From: Candidatus Latescibacterota bacterium
GTDB taxonomy: Bacteria; Latescibacterota; UBA2968; UBA8231
Assembly (NCBI GenBank): GCA_965221775.1
Contig: CBDCSU010000005.1
Coordinates: forward strand, 1-64,000
DNA length: 64,000 nt
Reading direction: 5' to 3'
The notes beneath the pieces are model-generated. The model was not told where the DNA came from. It saw only the letters and a list, made by a program, of their open reading frames with translations, and ran no database searches. Below, piece by piece: positions 57,964 through 64,000 of this stretch; position 1 is the stretch's first letter; each line of letters opens with the position of its first letter. The translations under genes were made by a program, and so were the position numbers.

Positions 57964-59409
57964 TCACCCGGCGGCCGCCACGCCCCGCCTCTCCTCGAGC
58001 TGCCTGCGGACCTCGTAGGCCTTCTCCTCGGTGAGGGTGTGGGTGGCGATCGCCCAGATGGCCAGCGCCGAGCTGACCATGGGCACGATCACGTCGAAGA
58101 GGCGCATGAGGAAGATGGTGCGCGCCGTCTGCGCCCCCTCGAGGGCGACGTCGAAGCCGGTGGCGTTGAGCAGCACGCCGCCGCCGGCCAGGGCCAGGGC
58201 CATGCCCAGCTTCACCACCCACCAGAAGATGGAGCCGAACATGCCCTCGCGGCGCTCGTGGGTCTCCAGCTCGTCGAGGTCGCAGACGTCGGCGATCATC
58301 GACGGCATGACGGTGAACAGGCAGCCGAGGCCGAAGGCGATGAAGGGGGTGGGCAGCAGCAGCAGCATGGGATGGGCCGGGTCGTAGCAGACCCACTTCA
58401 TCCCGTAGCCGAGGATGGAGACGCCGATGCAGACGAAGAAGGTCTGACGCTTGCCGATGCGGGTGCCGAGCCAGGTGACGAAGGTGATGACCACGAAGGT
58501 CGAGACCGCCGCCAGGGTGCCGGACCAGCCCGCGTATTGAGCGCCCAGGGACTGGTCCCCGGAGAACACGTAGTAGATGATGACGTAGGCCTGGAAGGAA
58601 GCGACCAGGATGAAGCCGTTGAAGACCAGGAAGGTGGCGGCGCAGAGCTTGAGGAAGGGCCGGAACTTCAGGGTCGCCAGGAAGCCCTGGAAGAACCGGG
58701 CCATGCTGTGGCGGAATCCGGAAGCCCCCTCCTCCGCCTCGGCGGCGGCGACCTCCTTGAAGCGCTCGCGCAGGAAGATCGCCGGCAGCACGCCGACGGC
58801 GATGGTGAACACGCCGATCGCCACCGACAGGCCGGCGGCGCCGGCCACCAGATCGTCGAAGAGCGGCTCGTACTGCATGACCCACAGGAACCACGGGGTC
58901 ACCACGTAGGCGAGCTGACCGATGAAGTTCTGCACCCCCATGAGGCGGGTGCGCTCGTGGTAGTCGGGGGTCAGCTCGTAGCCGAGGGCGACCCAGGGCG
59001 TGGCGAAGATGGTGTACCCGAGGTAGAACAGCAGCGAGCCGACGAGGAAGTAGACGAAGTAGAAGCCCTCGCTCTGGCCCCGGGGCAGCTGCCACAGCAG
59101 GATGAAGAGCAGCCCGGCGCCGATCGCCCCGGCGAAGATCCAGGGCCGGCGCCGGCCCCAGCGCGACCGGGTGTGGTCGGTGATGTAGCCCATGAGCGGG
59201 TCGGTGAGGGCGTCGGTCAGCCGCGGCAGGGCGCCGAGGAGGCCCACGAGGGCGGGGTTCATGCCCAGGCCGAGGTTGAGGACGATGGTCATGCCGCCGA
59301 TCGCCCCGGCCAGCAGGTTGTTGACGAAGGCGCCGAGGCCGTAGGCCACCTTCTGGGGGAAGGGGATCCGGTCTTCCGGCGCCGTCCGGCGGTGTGGCTC
59401 GGCGCTCAT
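57964..59409 (-). CDS. GPH-family (MelB-like) MFS sugar:cation symporter
   Basis: DALTDPLMG.ITD.TRSRWGRRRP, P.VALG.ELT.DY.ERT, RREGMF. Confidence 0.93.
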   Translation of the reverse strand: MSAEPHRRTAPEDRIPFPQKVAYGLGAFVNNLLAGAIGGMTIVLNLGLGMNPALVGLLGALPRLTDALTDPLMGYITDHTRSRWGRRRPWIFAGAIGAGLLFILLWQLPRGQSEGFYFVYFLVGSLLFYLGYTIFATPWVALGYELTPDYHERTRLMGVQNFIGQLAYVVTPWFLWVMQYEPLFDDLVAGAAGLSVAIGVFTIAVGVLPAIFLRERFKEVAAAEAEEGASGFRHSMARFFQGFLATLKFRPFLKLCAATFLVFNGFILVASFQAYVIIYYVFSGDQSLGAQYAGWSGTLAAVSTFVVITFVTWLGTRIGKRQTFFVCIGVSILGYGMKWVCYDPAHPMLLLLPTPFIAFGLGCLFTVMPSMIADVCDLDELETHERREGMFGSIFWWVVKLGMALALAGGGVLLNATGFDVALEGAQTARTIFLMRLFDVIVPMVSSALAIWAIATHTLTEEKAYEVRRQLEERRGVAAAG

Positions 59410-60230
59410 TCCCCGGCTCGCTGGTAGACGCGCACGTAGTCGACGAGCATCGTGCTCGGGAACACGGTGGCGGCGTCGGGATCGCCGACGAAGCCGCCGC
59501 CCACGGCGACATTGAGGAGGAGGAAGAAGGGGTGGTCGAAGACCCACTCGGCCCCCTCGGGCAGGTCCGCCGGGGTCACCTCGTGGTACTGGAAGTCGTC
59601 GACGTACCAGCGGATCCGGTCCGCCTGCCAGTCTACGGCGAAGAGGCGGAAGCGCCCCGCCAGGCCGCCGCCGACGGCGGTCTCCGTGCCCACGCCCCCC
59701 GCCCCCGAGTAGCCGGGCCCGTGGACGGTGCCCAGCACCACCGCCGGATGCTGGCCGCGGAACTCCATGACGTCGATCTCGCCGCAGGCCGGCCAGCCGG
59801 CCGAGTCGATGTCGTTGCCGAGAAGCCAGAAGGCCGGCCAGATCCCCTGGCCCTCCGGCAGCAGGATGCGCGCCTCGAAGCGGCCGTACGCCGCCTCGAA
59901 CAGCCCCTGGGTCTTGATCCGCGCCGAGGTGTAGCGGTTGCCGCCGAAGCTCTCCCGCCGGGCGGTGATGGCCAGGCGGCCCTCGCCGTCGAGGGAGGCG
60001 TTCTCGGGCCGGCCGGTGTTGTGCTCGAGCTGCTGGTTGCCCCAGCCGTGGCCGCCGACGTCGAAGCGCCAGCGCTCCGGATCGGGAAGGGTGCCCGCCG
60101 GGCCCTCGAACTCGTCGGACCAGACCAGCTCCAGGGCCGCTTCGGCGCCGCCGCCGGCGGACGGGCCGGACTCGCCGGCGCAGGCCGCCAGGACGGCGGC
60201 GGCGGCCAGGGTGAGGTTCCTGCGGACCAT
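59406..60230 (-). CDS. GH16 laminarinase-type endo-beta-1,3-glucanase lipoprotein
   Basis: Lipobox LAAC, WSDEF, WGN.Q, YTSARI, GIWPAFW, GEIDVME catalytic motif. Confidence 0.95.
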   Translation of the reverse strand: MVRRNLTLAAAAVLAACAGESGPSAGGGAEAALELVWSDEFEGPAGTLPDPERWRFDVGGHGWGNQQLEHNTGRPENASLDGEGRLAITARRESFGGNRYTSARIKTQGLFEAAYGRFEARILLPEGQGIWPAFWLLGNDIDSAGWPACGEIDVMEFRGQHPAVVLGTVHGPGYSGAGGVGTETAVGGGLAGRFRLFAVDWQADRIRWYVDDFQYHEVTPADLPEGAEWVFDHPFFLLLNVAVGGGFVGDPDAATVFPSTMLVDYVRVYQRAGE

Positions 60231-60259
60231 GGGCGTAAGGGCTTGCGGTCCGCCGCGGG

Positions 60260-61426
60260 CTACTCGGAGATGTAGACGCCGTCGACGAGGACGAAGTCGC
60301 CGGCCGCCGCCTTCGGACCTCCCAGCGACAGGGGCGAGGTCACCGCCGAAAGGTCCAGCCCCCGGGCGGCGAAGTCGGCCAGCGGGATCCGCAGGGAGTG
60401 CCACTCCCCGTCGGCGGCGTACCCGTAGTCGCCGGCGGGAACGATGTGGCGGTCGTCCGAGGCGCCGTTCATGCCGACTTCGATGACGGCGAAGCTCTCG
60501 GAGCGGAAGCTCACGTGCAGGCTCTTCCACCCGGACAGGTCGCGCGGCTCGCTCCAGTGCACGCCCATCCCCCACCAGTCGCCGCCGGCGTGGACCAGGC
60601 GGTGGGCCGCCTGTCCCTCCAGGGCTTCGTCGGTCTCCTGCATCGAGACCGTGTTGTCGTAGAGGTAGAGGTTCGCCGTGGTGTTGTCGATCTCCACCAC
60701 CTCCGAAGAGCTGCCCTCGTAGAACACGCCGATGCTCAGGCGGCGGCCGGCCTCCGCCGCGGCCGTGGTCCCCGGCGTCAGGTCGAAGTAGAGGTTGTCG
60801 ATGAGGACGAAGTCGCCGGCCTCCGCCTTGGCACCTCCCAGCGACAAGGGCGAGGTCACCGCCGCCAGGTCCAGCCCCCGGGCGGCGAAGTCGGCCAGCG
60901 GGATCTGCAGGGTGTGCCACTCGCCGTCGGCGGCGTACCCGTAGTCGCTGGCGCGCACCACGTGGCGGTCGTCCGACGCGCCGTTGAGGCCGATCTCTAC
61001 CTCGGGGAGACTCTCGGAGCGGAAGCTCACGTGCAGGCTCACCCACCCGGACAGGTCCCGGGGCTCGCTCCAGTGGAGGCCCATGCCCCACCAGTCGCCG
61101 CCGGCGTGGACCAGCCGGTGCGCCGCCCGGCCCTCCAGGGGCTCCTCCACCTCCTCCACCGAGACCGTGTTGTCGTAGAGGTACATGTGGGAGGTGGTGT
61201 TGTCGATCTCCACCAGCTCCGAGGATCCTCCCTCGTAGAAGGCGCCCACGGCCAGGCGCTGCTCGCCGGCCTCGAAGGGATCCGGCCCCGGCAGTCCGGG
61301 CTCCTCGCCGTCCACGGGGGTCACCGCCAGGTCGAAGCTCTCCTGGGACTCGTAGTCGGAGTCGTCCAGCCCCGACCGGCAGGCCGCCAGCAGCAGCAGC
61401 AGGAGCGCCAGGGCGCGGGCCGTCAT
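60260..61426 (-). CDS. Lipoprotein with two tandem ~172-aa CBM-like beta-sandwich modules
   Basis: Lipobox LAAC; GDWWGMG.HWSEPRDLSGW.SLHVSFRS and YGYAADGEWH.L.IPLADF each occur twice. Confidence 0.82.
   Translation of the reverse strand: MTARALALLLLLLAACRSGLDDSDYESQESFDLAVTPVDGEEPGLPGPDPFEAGEQRLAVGAFYEGGSSELVEIDNTTSHMYLYDNTVSVEEVEEPLEGRAAHRLVHAGGDWWGMGLHWSEPRDLSGWVSLHVSFRSESLPEVEIGLNGASDDRHVVRASDYGYAADGEWHTLQIPLADFAARGLDLAAVTSPLSLGGAKAEAGDFVLIDNLYFDLTPGTTAAAEAGRRLSIGVFYEGSSSEVVEIDNTTANLYLYDNTVSMQETDEALEGQAAHRLVHAGGDWWGMGVHWSEPRDLSGWKSLHVSFRSESFAVIEVGMNGASDDRHIVPAGDYGYAADGEWHSLRIPLADFAARGLDLSAVTSPLSLGGPKAAAGDFVLVDGVYISE
60270..61260. repeat. Intragenic tandem duplication with a 516-bp period
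   Basis: e.g. CCCACCAGTCGCCGCCGGCGTGGACCAG at 60571 and 61087. Confidence 0.9.
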
Positions 61427-61992
61427 CGCCTCACCGCCTTGTCGTTGCCGTGCGGGTCCTGGACCAGCAGCCAGCCGGCGGCGGGGGGCCCCCCGAGGTC
61501 GAGGATGCCGCGGTACGCCGCGGTCACCAGCTCGAAGGAGAAGGTGCCGGTGGCGTCCCAGCTGGCCGCGTCGGGGAAGTTGTCGAGGACCGACTGGTAG
61601 GCGGCCAGGGCCATCTCGCGCACCGCCGGCAGGTCCTGCTGCCGGGCCAGGCCCCGCGTCCAGATGCGGCCGAGGTTGACGGCGACGTAGTACTGGTGCT
61701 CGCCGGTGGGCTCGTTGGCCAGCCAGGTGGCCCAGCTGTAGTAGGCGGCCACGGCGTTTCCCGTGCTCTCGATGGCCCACTTGGTCTCCGGCCCGCTGGA
61801 GGCGCGGGCGAAGGGGTTGCCGGGGTCGTCGAGGACGGCCTTGCTCGGGTGGATGCCGGCGCTCTCGTCGAAGAGCCGCAGCGGCTCCTCGCTCATGGGG
61901 CTGCCGTAGCGGAAGGGGCCCGGCTCGGAGCAGCCGGCAGCCAGCAGCACCGGAAGAAGGGCCAGCAGCGGGATGGCGCTCGTGGGTCTCAT
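61423..61992 (-). CDS. Helical (TPR-like) lipoprotein of unknown function
   Basis: Lipobox LLAAGC; helical AAYYSWATWL, AYQSVLDNFPD segments. Confidence 0.72.
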   Translation of the reverse strand: MRPTSAIPLLALLPVLLAAGCSEPGPFRYGSPMSEEPLRLFDESAGIHPSKAVLDDPGNPFARASSGPETKWAIESTGNAVAAYYSWATWLANEPTGEHQYYVAVNLGRIWTRGLARQQDLPAVREMALAAYQSVLDNFPDAASWDATGTFSFELVTAAYRGILDLGGPPAAGWLLVQDPHGNDKAVRR

Positions 61993-61999
61993 GCTCGCC

Positions 62000-64000
62000 T
62001 CACAGGCCGACGTGGACGTAGAGGCCGACCTCGACCTCGGCGCCGGTGGCTCCGGGATCGCCGGGATCGGCCACGTACTCGGGCGAGTTCTCGTCGAGGG
62101 TGCGCACCTGGGCCCGCAGGCCGAAGCGCGTCGAGGCGCCCTCCAGGCCGGCCGGCTTCAGCCCGTACGAGACGTCGCCGTACCACTGCAGCGGGTAGGT
62201 CAGGTTGAAGTCCCGGTGGAAGTCGTACGGCCCCCAGTCGTCGAGGCGCAGACGGGTGCGCGCGTCGACGGTGTGCCACCACAGGCGCAGGTCGCCGCCG
62301 TAGCGGCGGATGCGGCGCGGGTCGTCCCCCCGGGGCTCGCCTTCGCCCGCCAGCAGGGTGGCCGCCAGGCGCAGGCCGCGGCCGGGGTTGTGGACCGTGT
62401 GCAGCTTCGCCTCCCACTCGTCGCCGGCCGGGGGCGTCTGCCCGAAGGGCACGACGGCGCCGTTGGCCAGGGTGAAGGTGTGGGCGTCGCGGCGTTCCGG
62501 GTGGTGGCGGTACCACAGGTCGAGGGCGGCGACGAAGGGGGCGTCCTCGCGGATGTCGCGGTCCCAGGTGTGGAACCAGGTCCCCGGCGTCGGATCGTAG
62601 ACCAGCAGCAACTCGCCGGCGGCGGTCTCGCGGTTGTCGAGGACGACGAAGGGGTCGTCGAGGATGTTGCGCGGCCGGACGGCGGGATAGTAGAGGCCGG
62701 TGCGGCTGCTGTAGTGATCGTCGATGCGCGGGTTGGCGGGCAGGACCGGCTTCTGGTAGAGGACCTGCGGCGAGATCTCCAGCAGCCCCAGCCGGTACGA
62801 CGCCCCCGACGAGAGCGCCCAGTGGTTGCCGCGTCCGCTCTCCTTCAGCGACCAGCCGGTGAGCAGGGTGGCGCCCGAGTAGCCGCCGTCGGCGACGAGG
62901 CCTTGCAGGCTGCCCTGGCCGTACCAGCGCACGGCGCCCTCCCAGGTCAGGCGCACGCGGCCGCCGAAGGTGTCGCCCCACTTGACCTCGTCGTCGATCA
63001 CCTCCCAGCCGGAGTCGAGGTAGCCGCGGCCCGAGGTCTCCCGGACCCAGGTGAAGGCGTCGCCGACCTTCGGCGAGCCGGAGAAGATGCCGCCCGCCTC
63101 GAGGGTCAGGGGCCTGGCGTCCCAGGAGAAGTAGAGGGTGGTGCGCCGGTTGAGCTGCTCGGGCACGGCGAAACTGGTCTGCGCCCCCGAGGCCTCCGCC
63201 AGGTCCTCGTGGTGGATCACCGACCAGCTCCAGGCCCCGACCGCGCGCTGGTACTTGGCCAGCACCGCGGCGTTGGCCCCCCACCACAGCTCCGGCCCGA
63301 CGGCGACCTTCCAGCCCTGCCAGGGGCCCTTGCCGGTGATCTCGAAGCCGTTGGGCGCCTGGCCGTTGTAGGTGTCGAGGTTGGGCCCGTAGTTGGCCTC
63401 CGGGTAGAGGCCGAAGAAGTCGCCCTCGTAGCCCCAGTGGAAGTGGCCGGTGCGGAAGAAGCCGTCGAGGGTGAAGCGCGGCCGCTCGATGGTGAACTCG
63501 ACGGCATGGACGGCGAAGCGGTCGACCACTTGCCGGGGCTCGCGCGAGGGCGCCTGTCCCGGCGCCGGCACGACCCGCTCGAGGGCGCGGTTCTCGTAGA
63601 AGATGTTGTCGAGGCGGTTCTGGCCCACGGCGCCGACGCCGTGCAGGGAGAGGCGGCCCCGCAGGTCGCCGCTGTCGACCTCCAGGTCGGTCCAGAACGA
63701 CTCGGTGTGGCCGAAGCGCTCCTCCTCGCCGCGCTCGGTGCGCTCGTCGCCGCTGCTGATGCTCGACTCGTAGCGCATGCGCACGTCGCCGAGGCGCACG
63801 GCGCGCAACTGCTTCACCTCGTCGAGGGCGCGGCCGGTGGCGTAGCGGTGCGAGTAGTCGGAGAGCCGGATCTGGCCGAAGCTCCGGCGGATGACCTCCG
63901 CCGTCGTCGCCTCGGCGTAGGGGTCGAGGCGGAAGGCCCGCTGCAGGACGTAGTAGGAGGTGCGCGGCGTCACCGGGATGAAGCCGCGGTCGTCGGAGGG
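62000..64000 (-). CDS. Large outer-membrane beta-barrel-like protein, probably the C-terminal part of a glycoside hydrolase-barrel fusion (partial)
   Basis: Frame open to the window edge; Trp/Tyr-rich alternating strands, RTGHFHWGYEGDFFGLYPEANYG, DDWGPYDFHRDFNLTYP, terminal strand VEVGLYVHVGL; the leading TPRTSYYVLQRAF resembles the end of a GH-A TIM barrel. Confidence 0.7.
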   Translation of the reverse strand, partial: PSDDRGFIPVTPRTSYYVLQRAFRLDPYAEATTAEVIRRSFGQIRLSDYSHRYATGRALDEVKQLRAVRLGDVRMRYESSISSGDERTERGEEERFGHTESFWTDLEVDSGDLRGRLSLHGVGAVGQNRLDNIFYENRALERVVPAPGQAPSREPRQVVDRFAVHAVEFTIERPRFTLDGFFRTGHFHWGYEGDFFGLYPEANYGPNLDTYNGQAPNGFEITGKGPWQGWKVAVGPELWWGANAAVLAKYQRAVGAWSWSVIHHEDLAEASGAQTSFAVPEQLNRRTTLYFSWDARPLTLEAGGIFSGSPKVGDAFTWVRETSGRGYLDSGWEVIDDEVKWGDTFGGRVRLTWEGAVRWYGQGSLQGLVADGGYSGATLLTGWSLKESGRGNHWALSSGASYRLGLLEISPQVLYQKPVLPANPRIDDHYSSRTGLYYPAVRPRNILDDPFVVLDNRETAAGELLLVYDPTPGTWFHTWDRDIREDAPFVAALDLWYRHHPERRDAHTFTLANGAVVPFGQTPPAGDEWEAKLHTVHNPGRGLRLAATLLAGEGEPRGDDPRRIRRYGGDLRLWWHTVDARTRLRLDDWGPYDFHRDFNLTYPLQWYGDVSYGLKPAGLEGASTRFGLRAQVRTLDENSPEYVADPGDPGATGAEVEVGLYVHVGL

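Overview
The window appears to join two unrelated high-GC genomes at about 34,997-34,999. At that point a 5'-truncated mutY (- strand) abuts a 5'-truncated DUF2784-like gene (+ strand). Segment 1 (1 to ~34,998) looks alphaproteobacterial. Its core genes are addA, trxA, folC, accD, lapA, ihfB, rpsT, ruvX, nrdJ, gdh, yggT, folD, argG, UDG, cobB, mutY and tRNA-Ala(CGC). It also carries a TRAP/ThDP-enzyme catabolic cluster, an exonuclease/ATP-dependent ligase pair, a lower-GC orphan gene, a divergent Sdh-like plus Fe-S hydro-lyase operon, two families of REP/BIME-like palindromic repeats, and a candidate sRNA. Segment 2 (~34,999 to 64,000) has no such repeats and is tentatively FCB-group (Latescibacterota/Gemmatimonadota-like). 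It carries NatAB-like ABC genes with peptidases, a sulfatase, an iron-uptake operon (beta-barrel, imelysin, di-haem protein) with a palindromic operator, a sigma-54-driven non-canonical pspA operon, nagA/M20/trmH/SRAP genes, a temptin-like CxxCH protein and a beta-glucan utilisation locus with no SusC/SusD in view. The strongest candidates for an undescribed system are (1) the pspA operon, whose two membrane partners share the same C-terminal coiled-coil tail, (2) the barrel/lipoprotein beta-glucan locus, and (3) the Sdh-like/hydro-lyase operon with altered active-site motifs. All family assignments come from motif recognition by eye; no database searches were run.
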